A stretch of 64,000 bases of DNA, from the IMG/VR virus record IMGVR_UViG_3300042465_008100, positions 1,761-65,760 of that record, one strand, 5' to 3'. Below are positions 28,054-37,634 of the stretch, piece by piece. Below the pieces are notes generated by a model that saw only the letters and a list, made by a program, of their open reading frames with translations, made no database searches and was not told where the DNA came from. A program made the position numbers and the translations under genes. This DNA comes from a virus (taxonomy: Duplodnaviria; Caudoviricetes). The first letter of the stretch is position 1. Every line of letters starts with the position of its first letter.

Positions 28054-28880
28054 TATTTAAATATTTTAGTGTTGTTATAAATCCAATCTTCAGCTATTAA
28101 AAATTCTTTTGATTTTTCAAAATTTTCTTTAATCGCTGGGAGCATGGTCATATATTTTTCTAAAGATAAATCTTTTATTTTAATAAGTAAATCTTCTACA
28201 TCTTCAAAAATTATCATACCATCTAAATTAAAAAAATCACCAATAGAAGGGCAACCCCAATATATTGGCACCGTGCCTGTAATAAATGAATCAATAAGTT
28301 TTTCAGTAAAATAATAATCGTTACGACTGTTTTCAATAACTAAAGAAAACGAATAATCTCTTAAACATTCAAGTTTGTAATCAACGGGTTGATATCCTCT
28401 ACCAAATACATCTAAATTAACACTATTTTCTTTTAAAACATTAATGCTAATGTGTCTTAATCTATGACCTTCTGTTTGTCTTTTATCTGATGCTATGATT
28501 GATAATAATTTAGATTTATCATAAATTATTTGGTCCTCTTCTTTTATCCAACAACCACAATGTGGGTAGAACATAGCGTTACTACAATTTTCTAATATTT
28601 TTTTATCATATGTTAAAACTTTTTTGAAATCATTGTGATTATTTAAAACCCAATCATAGATATATGGATTCATAGCTCTTGGCTCCATCAACATAGCTAT
28701 CTTATTTGAATTGTTTATCTTAGCATTACTAAGCATAGAGTTATCTGTAATAAAGACCAATTCTTCTTCATTAATATTGCTATCACGATTCCATTCAATG
28801 TACTTTGATTCTTGGTAATCGGTTGTATATTTTGCATGGGCAAAATTTATATCAACTATTTTAATATTTTTTAAAGACAT
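28053..28880 (-). CDS. Glycosyltransferase family 10 (alpha-1,3-fucosyltransferase-like)
   Basis: YSFSLVIENS..DYYFTEKLID.F.TGTVPIYWG is the GT10 motif. Confidence 0.85.
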   Translation of the reverse strand: MSLKNIKIVDINFAHAKYTTDYQESKYIEWNRDSNINEEELVFITDNSMLSNAKINNSNKIAMLMEPRAMNPYIYDWVLNNHNDFKKVLTYDKKILENCSNAMFYPHCGCWIKEEDQIIYDKSKLLSIIASDKRQTEGHRLRHISINVLKENSVNLDVFGRGYQPVDYKLECLRDYSFSLVIENSRNDYYFTEKLIDSFITGTVPIYWGCPSIGDFFNLDGMIIFEDVEDLLIKIKDLSLEKYMTMLPAIKENFEKSKEFLIAEDWIYNNTKIFK

Positions 28881-29685
28881 ATTCTATTTCTTTATGTGGA
28901 CCATTTATATTTGAAAAATCAATAGTTTGCAAATCTATTTTCTCGCCAGATATAAATTTATCGTTTAATTCTTTTTCTGATATCCCAAATTCTAGACCAT
29001 GTCTATTTTTAAAAGTATCATTAACCAAATTAACTGGAATACTAACTAATTTTGAAGACTTAAAACATTTTATAATTTTTGGTATTAAATTTAAAACAAC
29101 AAATCTTTGTAAAAAAGCTTCTAGCGTATTAGGGTTATTAAAGTCTGTTTCTATTAATAAATCTTTTATGAATTTAGTATTGTAAATATGTCCGTCAGTT
29201 GAAAGTGGGTAATTAAAATCTCCAGCTTGTTGTTTTGTATAATCAAATATAATATATTCACCATTAACTTCATGCTCACCTAAGTTATAATGTAAATTAG
29301 CTGGGTGCGAGTAAACACAATTTTCACCTAATCTTAACGAGAAAATAACAAAATCGTTAACTACTGGTTTAATTATGTCTATTTTTCTAGCCATTATTTT
29401 ATCATAAACAACAGCGTCATCTACCATAAACGTAGTAGCTTCTATATCATCATCTATAAGTTTAAATAAATCTCTTCTAAAATTATTCTCTTTATAGAAG
29501 TTAATTGATGGGTATTCTAAAATTAATTTTTCATAACCAGAAATATATTCTTCATCAGATTTATACAAAACATTTATGTTATCAAATAATAACGGTGCAT
29601 TATTTTTAATGGAATCCAATAAAAGATTTAACTGACATGCTCTATTTTTAGAAAAAATTATTAACTGGTTTTTATATTTTTCCAT
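28861..29685 (-). CDS. Putative glycosyltransferase (GT-A)
   Basis: IIFSKNRACQL, FMVDDAV, FSLRLG, YPLSTDGH, NPNTLE. Confidence 0.6.
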   Translation of the reverse strand: MEKYKNQLIIFSKNRACQLNLLLDSIKNNAPLLFDNINVLYKSDEEYISGYEKLILEYPSINFYKENNFRRDLFKLIDDDIEATTFMVDDAVVYDKIMARKIDIIKPVVNDFVIFSLRLGENCVYSHPANLHYNLGEHEVNGEYIIFDYTKQQAGDFNYPLSTDGHIYNTKFIKDLLIETDFNNPNTLEAFLQRFVVLNLIPKIIKCFKSSKLVSIPVNLVNDTFKNRHGLEFGISEKELNDKFISGEKIDLQTIDFSNINGPHKEIEYVFKKY

Positions 29686-30308
29686 TAATCAGTAAAAAAA
29701 TTAGTGTAATCAACCATTCTATTTTGTATATCGCTAAAACCAAGTTTTTGTTTTGCCATATTTGGATAAAACCCGTAAGCACTAAATCGATTATGTAACT
29801 CAGCATAATAAGCATCGACTTGTTTTTCCATTTTTGATAAAATAATCTCAATAACATCAAAAACACTATTATTTATTGCCACACATTGTAAAGCAACTGT
29901 ATAATTTAATTTTATTATTTTATCGTTAATTAATTGTGGTGGTTGTCCATATTTATGATTACCACCAAAATATATAAAATCCCAATCGTTTGGTGTGTTA
30001 CTCATGTATTCATCTAGATTATTTATTTCATCAGTAAAACATACATCATCTTCTAATATTAAAACGTTTTTAACCTTTTCTTCTTTACATTTTTTTATTA
30101 TTTCTAGATGTGACATTAACACACCTAACTCACCAGCTAATAGTTTTTCATTTTTATCAATAAAACCATTACCATCAATAGCAGAAAAACGTTCTACAAC
30201 ATCTATCTTATGTTTAACCAATTCAGTTATAAACTCATCATACCTATCTGGTCTTCTATCTAAGTTTATAACATATACTTTTTCAAAATGTTTTTTTAGG
30301 TCTATCAT
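29685..30308 (-). CDS. Glycosyltransferase family 25
   Basis: VYVINLDRRPDR, RFSAIDG, GELGVLMSH, LILEDD. Confidence 0.9.
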   Translation of the reverse strand: MIDLKKHFEKVYVINLDRRPDRYDEFITELVKHKIDVVERFSAIDGNGFIDKNEKLLAGELGVLMSHLEIIKKCKEEKVKNVLILEDDVCFTDEINNLDEYMSNTPNDWDFIYFGGNHKYGQPPQLINDKIIKLNYTVALQCVAINNSVFDVIEIILSKMEKQVDAYYAELHNRFSAYGFYPNMAKQKLGFSDIQNRMVDYTNFFTD

Positions 30309-30313
30309 TCTAA

Positions 30314-31960
30314 TTAATTTAAAACTAACATATATGTATCTATTATTTTATTAACAACATTTGTGCTTTTAAATTTATCAACGTCTTTTGGTATTTCATG
30401 TAGTTTTTTGCTATTTATATTACCTTGCTCATCAACATCATAAATCCAACCTTTTTTACCACACAACCAACCTTCTATTGTTGTTCTACCTAATAAAATA
30501 CCAGCCGTTTCATCACATTTGTTTATATATTCTTCGACATTATAAGTAGCACCAAAATATTTAACATGTGGTTGGTTTTCTATAATGTCATTAAGATAAT
30601 TATCATTATTTTTACCAACTAACCATAATTCTTCATTATCGTTTTTTGTTTTTTGTACTAAATCATATATAGTGTTTTTTCTCAAATAATCTATAGTACC
30701 AACAAATAAAATAACTTTTTTATTGTTTTTAACATTATTTTTTGGTTTGAACTTGTTTTCATCAATAGGGTTATATATTATCTCGATTTTATCTTCTGAG
30801 ATGTTATGGTTTTCTATAATATGTTTTTTTATCTCTGGTCTTATCGCAATATATTTTTTTATCTGTTCAGATATAACAGGTTCTTCTAAACTAATAACCT
30901 CCGAATGTATAGAACATATTACAGGTACATCTGGATATAATCTAAGTAAATGTTCAGTAACTGGTTTATGGTTTAAGTGTATTAAATCAAATTTTGTGTC
31001 AGAAAGTTTATATAAAGTATTTTCTTGGGATACTATATCACCTTGCTCAGTTTTTAATAACCATTTACCGTCACCTAATTTAAAACCAGGTGGCTCATTT
31101 AGCGTATATAGTTTAATCCCTAAATTTTTAGCTTTTTTAGCCAATGGTTCACCTATATTAGAACAAACGCTAACATTATGACCGAATTTAACTAAATTTT
31201 TTGCTAATTCAAAAACATACATTTCAGAACCAGTATAATTAGCAAAACTTAAACAGCCAATTAATATATTTAATTTTTCACCCTTTCTTAAAGTCCTTTT
31301 TATATTTACTGGTAAATTTTCTTTAAATTTTTCAGCAAACTCAGCTCTATTTGTTTCCCATTGCTCATTGGTCATACCAATTGACATGTGGTTAACTCTA
31401 ATCATTGTTGTAACACCTATTTTAACACCTTTTAAAAAGTTTTCAAAACAAAAAGTTATCTCATAAAAATGAAAACCTTTTACTGATTCATTAAATTTTG
31501 TTTTAATTTTTGTTTTATCAATAGCAAAAAACAAACCATCAACAATTACAGCTTCTTCAATGTTTTGACCTAAATCATCTGAATATGTAGACAACCAAGT
31601 TTTACCTTCATGTGTGTGGGCTACTCGACCATACATTTTTGACCTATCTTCCCACCATTGGCCGCTAACTGGCATATTTTTAGTTCCAGCAACACCTATT
31701 ACACCATACTCTTGATTTCTTTCAAATAATTTAATTAATTTTTGACCCCAATTTTTGGTCTCAATAATTATGTCATCATGACAAAAGATAACTATATCAT
31801 TTTTAGATTTTTTTAAACCTTTGTTGTAAGATTTTGTTAAATCTTCACCATTATTTATTATTTCAATAACTTCCAAATGTTTATGTAAACCAGAACTTTT
31901 AATCAAATGTTCTTTATGTTCTGGATTTGAGTTTCTCGTGCAATATACTACTGAAATCAT
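30314..31960 (-). CDS. Bifunctional glycosyltransferase (GT-A plus GT-B/GT4 domains)
   Basis: N-terminal SYNKG, IFCHDD, GVAG, VDGLF, FHFY; C-terminal TGSEMYVFELA, IYNPID, ILFVG, GRTTIEG. Confidence 0.8.
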   Translation of the reverse strand: MISVVYCTRNSNPEHKEHLIKSSGLHKHLEVIEIINNGEDLTKSYNKGLKKSKNDIVIFCHDDIIIETKNWGQKLIKLFERNQEYGVIGVAGTKNMPVSGQWWEDRSKMYGRVAHTHEGKTWLSTYSDDLGQNIEEAVIVDGLFFAIDKTKIKTKFNESVKGFHFYEITFCFENFLKGVKIGVTTMIRVNHMSIGMTNEQWETNRAEFAEKFKENLPVNIKRTLRKGEKLNILIGCLSFANYTGSEMYVFELAKNLVKFGHNVSVCSNIGEPLAKKAKNLGIKLYTLNEPPGFKLGDGKWLLKTEQGDIVSQENTLYKLSDTKFDLIHLNHKPVTEHLLRLYPDVPVICSIHSEVISLEEPVISEQIKKYIAIRPEIKKHIIENHNISEDKIEIIYNPIDENKFKPKNNVKNNKKVILFVGTIDYLRKNTIYDLVQKTKNDNEELWLVGKNNDNYLNDIIENQPHVKYFGATYNVEEYINKCDETAGILLGRTTIEGWLCGKKGWIYDVDEQGNINSKKLHEIPKDVDKFKSTNVVNKIIDTYMLVLN

Positions 31961-32202
31961 TTTATAAGATTAAATTTTTTTATTATTTCATCAAAGGTTA
32001 ACTTTGTTTTTTCGTTTTCATTAAAAAATTCTTTAACAATTTCAACACAATCATCATTAATTATGATATATTGATTATAAGTTTCAACTGCTGGTATTTC
32101 CCATTTGAATTTATTTTCTTCTATTTTTACAAATCTACCATCAAATATATTTGCAAATTTAGAGTGTGATTCTACTATTGATATAAAATCTTCTTTTATC
32201 AT
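31957..32202 (-). CDS. Small hypothetical protein
   Basis: 81-aa ORF with ATGA overlaps on both sides. Confidence 0.6.
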   Translation of the reverse strand: MIKEDFISIVESHSKFANIFDGRFVKIEENKFKWEIPAVETYNQYIIINDDCVEIVKEFFNENEKTKLTFDEIIKKFNLIK

Positions 32203-33197
32203 TTTTTGAATCGATTATATGCGTTATCTGTTATTTTAATTATTTTAGGTCTACCTATAAATTCTTCTAAATTTTTAGCATTTGAATAGCTCATTGATGA
32301 CCTTAGATAAGCTTCAAAATTTTCAACCCATTGTGGTATAGTATATCCAACTTTTCTATATCTTATAACACCTTCAGAAGTAGTTAAAGTTTCTTTACCC
32401 CATTTTTTCTGGACTTCTTTAGTACTCATACCTCTGAATTTCTTATACACAGGTATCTTAAGGTTGTAAGCCATTTTAGCTATTTTTTGGTCTACTTTAA
32501 TTTTACCCCATAAATAATTGTCACCACATGATTCTAAACCTTTATTAAATAAACTACCGACCATAACATAATCAGCACCTAATGCTAATGCTTTGATGAT
32601 ATCACTGTAATTTTGCATACCACCATCAGCAACAATTTTTGCTGGGTTATCTAAACCACATGAAATAGTATAACATTCTTCAATTAATGATGCCATGGGA
32701 AACCCAACTCCAGTATGAACGGTAGTCGAACAACCACCACCATTCCCAATACCAACTCTAATATAATCAGCTCCAGCTTCAGATAAAACAGCATATGTTT
32801 CTGGGTTTGCAATATTACCAACCATTAGCGTTATATTTGGAAAAGTTTTCTTAACAAATTTAATAGCTTCAACCATTTTTTCCATATGCCCATTAGCAAC
32901 ATCAATAAGATATTTACCTTCTGGATATAGTGTTTTCATTTTGGTATAACTATATATTTCATCTAAAGAATAAGATGTAAAACCACCAAATATTTCTTCA
33001 CCTCTAGGTAAACATAGATTGATTTTTAGTTCTTCAAAAACATCTTTGTTGAGCATATCAACGACTGTGTCCATAGGTGCGGTAATCAAAGGTAGGTTAC
33101 CATCCTCATAAAAAGGATTTATATCTTTTCGACTACCAATTTCAGAAATAACTGCTGGCTCAATCAATATATCGTTAAAATCGTATTTTTGAATCAT
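32199..33197 (-). CDS. IMP dehydrogenase/GMP reductase family protein (no CBS domains)
   Basis: TAPMDTV, IDVANGH, VGIGNGGGCSTT (catalytic Cys), VADGG, KALALGADYVMVG, FRGMS; start reassigned to MIQKYDF. Confidence 0.9.
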   Translation of the reverse strand: MIQKYDFNDILIEPAVISEIGSRKDINPFYEDGNLPLITAPMDTVVDMLNKDVFEELKINLCLPRGEEIFGGFTSYSLDEIYSYTKMKTLYPEGKYLIDVANGHMEKMVEAIKFVKKTFPNITLMVGNIANPETYAVLSEAGADYIRVGIGNGGGCSTTVHTGVGFPMASLIEECYTISCGLDNPAKIVADGGMQNYSDIIKALALGADYVMVGSLFNKGLESCGDNYLWGKIKVDQKIAKMAYNLKIPVYKKFRGMSTKEVQKKWGKETLTTSEGVIRYRKVGYTIPQWVENFEAYLRSSMSYSNAKNLEEFIGRPKIIKITDNAYNRFKK

Positions 33198-33207
33198 TTT
33201 GTATTTT

Positions 33208-33801
33208 TTAATTTTTGCCAGTGCTTCCAAAGCCACCGTCCCCTCTTTCAGTATCATTGTTTATTTCTTTAATTTTATTTAACGTAATGTTGTTCTTAGC
33301 ATATACAAAAGAAACAACTGCTTGTGCTATTCTATCACCATGGTTAATTACAAATTCACTTGAGCCATGATTAATTAATATAACTTTGATTTCACCTCTA
33401 TAATCAGAATCCACCGTACCAGGTGAGTTCAAAACAGTTACTTGGTTTTTAGCCGCCAAACCACTTCTAGGTCTTACTTGTATTTCAAAGTTATCAGGAA
33501 TTTCAAAAAATAAACCAGTTGGCACCATAGCAAAACCACCATGTGGATTCAATGTCATAGGTTCATCTAAATTAGCCCTTAAATCAAAACCAGATGAGCC
33601 AGATGTCGCATATTCTGGGTCTTGGTTTGTTGATTTATTAACAAAATTGATTTTTATTTTTGTATCAGTTTCTTCAGCGAAAAAACTATCTCTACTAAAC
33701 TCTTTATCAAAATCTTCTTGTGTATAACCACTATTAGGGTCAGCAACATCTAGAATTCGCATTCTAATGTATTCCGTGTCTTTATTGGATAAATTACTCA
33801 T
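33208..33801 (-). CDS. dut: Trimeric dUTPase
   Basis: SGFDL, RPRSGLA, GTVDSDYRGE, GDRIAQ, RGDGGFGSTG; start reassigned to MSNLSNK. Confidence 0.96.
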   Translation of the reverse strand: MSNLSNKDTEYIRMRILDVADPNSGYTQEDFDKEFSRDSFFAEETDTKIKINFVNKSTNQDPEYATSGSSGFDLRANLDEPMTLNPHGGFAMVPTGLFFEIPDNFEIQVRPRSGLAAKNQVTVLNSPGTVDSDYRGEIKVILINHGSSEFVINHGDRIAQAVVSFVYAKNNITLNKIKEINNDTERGDGGFGSTGKN

Positions 33802-34363
33802 CGTTTTTGTTTTTCTCGTGTTTAATCGCAAAATTATTACCCATTTTAAGTAACTCACCCAAAACTGAATTATGGTATTCAGCCATCTTATCATCGCTTT
33901 TGTCAAACATAATAATAGCAGAGTATTCTTCTTCAGTAAAAGTAATACCATGACTCATGGCATAATATAAACTACGTTCACTAACTCTCATTGAAACCAA
34001 GTTGTTATTGTATTCATACATTTTACCTTGATTTTTTCTATGCCACTCTGATTCACATGGGTTATACAGATTTGCTTTACCAATTTGGTGTAATAAACAA
34101 ACTTTTAATAAAGAAGATTGCTCAACTTTTTCATCTTCTGGTAAAGCTTCATTGAACTTAACAGCATAAAAAGCTACCCTTAACAAATGTTCGATTAAAC
34201 CACCTTCAAAAGCGTTATACATATCCAACATTGTGGATGCTGGAGCCTTAATGAAATCTTCACCTAAAAATTCCATAAGTGAATCAGTCATAAATCCATG
34301 TTTGTTAGCCGTTTCAAAATACTTCTTAGTATTTGAAAGAATTTTTTTCTGGTCGATTGCCAT
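33794..34363 (-). CDS. HD-domain (YhaM-like) protein with altered metal ligands
   Basis: APAS....NAFEGGLIEH and CLLHQIGK (HD replaced by HQ). Confidence 0.7.
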   Translation of the reverse strand: MAIDQKKILSNTKKYFETANKHGFMTDSLMEFLGEDFIKAPASTMLDMYNAFEGGLIEHLLRVAFYAVKFNEALPEDEKVEQSSLLKVCLLHQIGKANLYNPCESEWHRKNQGKMYEYNNNLVSMRVSERSLYYAMSHGITFTEEEYSAIIMFDKSDDKMAEYHNSVLGELLKMGNNFAIKHEKNKNDE

Positions 34364-34395
34364 GTTTTACTTATTTTTAATTAATGTTATTTTCG

Positions 34396-34426
34396 CAAAC
34401 TTACAACTTAAATAAAAATAAAGCAA
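34396..34426 (-). promoter_or_regulatory. Bacteroidota sigmaA-type promoter
   Basis: Minus strand TTG-N20-TAAGTTTG(C), upstream of the HD/dut/IMPDH operon. Confidence 0.65.
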
Positions 34427-34443
34427 CGATTTCAGGCAATTTT

Positions 34444-34740
34444 TTATAATAAAACACTTACTTTTGTTTCATCAGTTTCCTCACTATCTCTTTCTTCAGG
34501 AGGTACAACAATACTACCTTTACTTATTTTTGAAGTTTTTTCAATTTTCTCAGCTGATTTCATTATATTAAGAATTCGATTAACCTCTTTTTTCTTTTCT
34601 TCATCCAAAACAACTTTGTCATTTTCAACTTCAGATTTATGTTCGACAACAGTATTATTGTTTTTTCCATCAGTATTTGATTCTGAAAGATAATCAGCAA
34701 TAAAATCAAATACTATTTTTAATTTTTCTTTGTTTTCCAT
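34444..34740 (-). CDS. Hypothetical protein
   Basis: 98-aa charged ORF directly after the GT4 gene. Confidence 0.6.
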   Translation of the reverse strand: MENKEKLKIVFDFIADYLSESNTDGKNNNTVVEHKSEVENDKVVLDEEKKKEVNRILNIMKSAEKIEKTSKISKGSIVVPPEERDSEETDETKVSVLL

Positions 34741-34741
34741 T

Positions 34742-35977
34742 TTAACTAATTTTATTTTTAACTAATTCATGATATAAATTTCTTCTATCTTCAGTCACCT
34801 TATCAATAGAATATAAATTTTTAATTGTTTCATTTAAATTGTTTTGCAACACTTTAATCATTTCTGGGTTGTTAACTAATTTTTTGATACTTGTGTACCA
34901 ATCTTTATGGTTTTTAACGCTATCGATTAAAACACCATTAGCTGTTTCATCAAAATCACCACCTTTAATAAATGCATTTTTCAAATCAATTTTATACGGT
35001 CCAAAATTTTGTGCAATGATAACTTTTTTATGGAAACCAGCTTCAATCACTTTTAACTGACTTTTAACTTTATTAAATATGTTTTCCTCAATTGGTGCCA
35101 ATGATATATCAAATAAATTGTAATTTGAAGCGTATGTTGAAATTGGTTTAGTCCAAACTCTTCTATATGCTTCATTTTTAATGTCTGGATATTCTTCTTG
35201 AGTAAATTTCATTAAGTATTCTTTATACTCTGGGCTAACAATTTTATAATCATCAGTAAATATTCTTTCATATTGATACCAAACACTTTCCATTGGTTGT
35301 ATTTGTCTAACTCTTTGTTCACCAGTATTTTGGTCAATTTCTGTATGCGTACCTCTGGTATCAAAACCACAAAGAACGAATTGTATTTTATCCATTAAAC
35401 CATCTGCTCTTAATTTAGATACTAAACCTTTAAGTATTTCTAAGTCTTTTAAGTGTGATGAACCACCAAGCCATCCGATTCTTATTCTATCAGAAGGTTC
35501 TGGGTTATGAACAAATTGTTTTTCGTTAGGGTCAATAGCATTTGGTAAGACATAAACATTTTTATTGTACTTAGCTATTTCATCAGCAAAAATACTAGTA
35601 GTTGTTGTTACATTTTCTGCACATTTAATGTTATCTAAGATTTTTTCATCTAACTTATTGTTTTTAATAATTAGATAAGCTGGGTGGTGTTTTCCTGGTG
35701 ACCAATAATCATCTAAATCCATAATTGTGATTACACCCAATGATTTTAATCTATTAATTAAATTTTTAGTTTCCTCAAAAGGACCTAATGCTCTGTGATA
35801 ATGGATTATGTCATATTGTTTAACCCATTCATCATTATAAACTTGTGGTTCATAATCAATATCGATATGGAATTCATCTGGATAATTCTCTTCTAATGCA
35901 ATGTGTGGTCTGGTAGAACGAAAATAACCTACACCAGTACGGTCGCTAGGTACAACTAAAACCTTTAATTTTTTCAT
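34742..35977 (-). CDS. Glycosyltransferase, GT-B/GT4-like
   Basis: GVGYFR, MDLDDYW, LPNAID, RIGWLGGSSH..DL, DISLAP...FN..KSQLKVIEAG. Confidence 0.85.
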   Translation of the reverse strand: MKKLKVLVVPSDRTGVGYFRSTRPHIALEENYPDEFHIDIDYEPQVYNDEWVKQYDIIHYHRALGPFEETKNLINRLKSLGVITIMDLDDYWSPGKHHPAYLIIKNNKLDEKILDNIKCAENVTTTTSIFADEIAKYNKNVYVLPNAIDPNEKQFVHNPEPSDRIRIGWLGGSSHLKDLEILKGLVSKLRADGLMDKIQFVLCGFDTRGTHTEIDQNTGEQRVRQIQPMESVWYQYERIFTDDYKIVSPEYKEYLMKFTQEEYPDIKNEAYRRVWTKPISTYASNYNLFDISLAPIEENIFNKVKSQLKVIEAGFHKKVIIAQNFGPYKIDLKNAFIKGGDFDETANGVLIDSVKNHKDWYTSIKKLVNNPEMIKVLQNNLNETIKNLYSIDKVTEDRRNLYHELVKNKIS

Positions 35978-36039
35978 AAATTATATTTTTTACTTTTTAT
36001 TAGTGAAATAAATATAATTACAAGAAAATAATTGTAAAT

Positions 36040-36063
36040 AAAAAAAGGGGTTACCCCCTTTAT
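36040..36063 (-). terminator. Intrinsic terminator (possibly bidirectional)
   Basis: AAAGGGG-TTAC-CCCCTTT hairpin flanked by A and T tracts, right after the 36066 stop. Confidence 0.75.
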
Positions 36064-36065
36064 TT

Positions 36066-36671
36066 TTATATTGTTTTTTTCTTAACTGCTAACTTACCTT
36101 CTTTTATTAACATGTTTATTGTCTTTTTTATTGTTTGTTCAGTTAAAGTTTTATCGTATGTTTGTTTAAAGAAATTATTTATTGATTCATTAATCATTTC
36201 TTGTAATTCTGTTCGACTTAATGTAATCAAATCTGAATTATTTCTGGCGGTTTCTCTTATCATTTGTTTAGGTTGTTCTTGTTTAGGTTGTTTTAATGGT
36301 GCACCAGTTATTTTTGATATTTCTTCAGCTGTAAATCTAGATGGTGGACTAGTTAATCTAGGTATTTTGTTTTTTATCATAGCTTCTTTAACCATTGGTG
36401 GCAAATTTGAATTCATAACTTGCTCATCGGTATAATCAGTGATTTCAGACGGTGTATAAGTAGCTTGACTTGGTTGATAATTTTCATAAATTGGTTCTCT
36501 TTCGTCATAATCATTATACATTTCTGATGGGTATGAGTCATTAGATTCACTATAGTCTGGTTTTGAATTTGTATTAATAGGGTTTTTATTCTCAACAACA
36601 TTCATAACTTGTTTTGACTTTGCTAAAATAGCACTTAATGCGCTTAAATTTACTGGAGCTGGGGTTTCCAT
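36066..36671 (-). CDS. Hypothetical protein, possible head scaffold/internal protein
   Basis: 201 aa, low complexity, with IRE/INE/LTE motifs. Confidence 0.6.
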   Translation of the reverse strand: METPAPVNLSALSAILAKSKQVMNVVENKNPINTNSKPDYSESNDSYPSEMYNDYDEREPIYENYQPSQATYTPSEITDYTDEQVMNSNLPPMVKEAMIKNKIPRLTSPPSRFTAEEISKITGAPLKQPKQEQPKQMIRETARNNSDLITLSRTELQEMINESINNFFKQTYDKTLTEQTIKKTINMLIKEGKLAVKKKTI

Positions 36672-36683
36672 ACTTTATTATTT

Positions 36684-37160
36684 TTATAAATTATTATTCG
36701 GTTTTTGACTAATATCACTTCTTTGTCTGGTAAATGTATCTGGCTTTACTAAATCAATAACGGTTGCCATCGATTTATCACCAGTTTGATTATATGATGG
36801 TATATCAACACTATAATCGGAAACTGGATTGTACCATTTAACGTTTGTAGGGTACCACCCTTCTATCCTATCGAGCCTAAATATTTTCCAAGCACCAGTT
36901 TTTGGTGTTGTTTTGGACCCACCAAATATTTGATACGCTCTTATTGCCTTATTACCACCTTTAGTAATACTAAAATTATATACTTGTATATAACGTTTAC
37001 TAGGTGGCTTTTTTTTATAATCTCGATACAATATATTCACATTATATTTACCATTAATAGCTTCTATTACTGATTCTTCTGAAACACTTTCAGTTAGAAC
37101 AGTTTTAGCGTTATTAATCTCTTCAAATATAATTTGTTCGTATATATTGTAAAGTTTCAT
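36684..37160 (-). CDS. Stand-alone WYL-domain protein
   Basis: VNILY..KRYIQVY..IRAY..WKIFRLDRI matches the WYL R.FRLDRI signature; no HTH. Confidence 0.7.
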   Translation of the reverse strand: MKLYNIYEQIIFEEINNAKTVLTESVSEESVIEAINGKYNVNILYRDYKKKPPSKRYIQVYNFSITKGGNKAIRAYQIFGGSKTTPKTGAWKIFRLDRIEGWYPTNVKWYNPVSDYSVDIPSYNQTGDKSMATVIDLVKPDTFTRQRSDISQKPNNNL

Positions 37161-37172
37161 AAAAAAATTTTA

Positions 37173-37631
37173 TTAAATTATTACTTGACCAACATTAGCT
37201 GAAGTGTCTGGGTGTTCATAATCAGAACCAGCAATAACTGATGGTCCATATCCCCATGTCGCAGCATTTACAATTATTTGTGGGTTACGTCCTGAACCTG
37301 GTTGAGATATCGCCCCATTGATGTCTTCAGTGTTACCCCCATTATAATTAGTTATTGCAGCATAAACACCTTGTGAAACACCGTCACCAGTACCTCTACC
37401 ATTGTATGGTGATAAAGTATCAGCAATTGCGTTTGTATGCATTGCACCATATGCATCACTAGGGTTATTTGTAATAACAGGGTTTTTGTATGGACCTTGG
37501 AAAGCGTATTTACCAGTACCGATTTTTGTTTGACCGATATTTGCGATTCTACCAGAACCAGGATACAAAGGATTACCATTAAGCGCGTAATATTCAAGTG
37601 GTGATTGCCCACCGTTATAAATCTGTGGCAT
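37173..37631 (-). CDS. G/N/P/Y-rich hypothetical protein, probable virion component
   Basis: 152-aa ORF in late-type operon. Confidence 0.6.
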   Translation of the reverse strand: MPQIYNGGQSPLEYYALNGNPLYPGSGRIANIGQTKIGTGKYAFQGPYKNPVITNNPSDAYGAMHTNAIADTLSPYNGRGTGDGVSQGVYAAITNYNGGNTEDINGAISQPGSGRNPQIIVNAATWGYGPSVIAGSDYEHPDTSANVGQVII

Positions 37632-37634
37632 AGT

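Noticed and set aside
14599-31960. Bacterial capsule/LPS locus (host contamination or prophage flank)
   Set aside because: No wzx/wzy/kps or membrane genes; the island is continuous and gene-coupled with phage-type genes (phoH, dut, sigma) on both sides.
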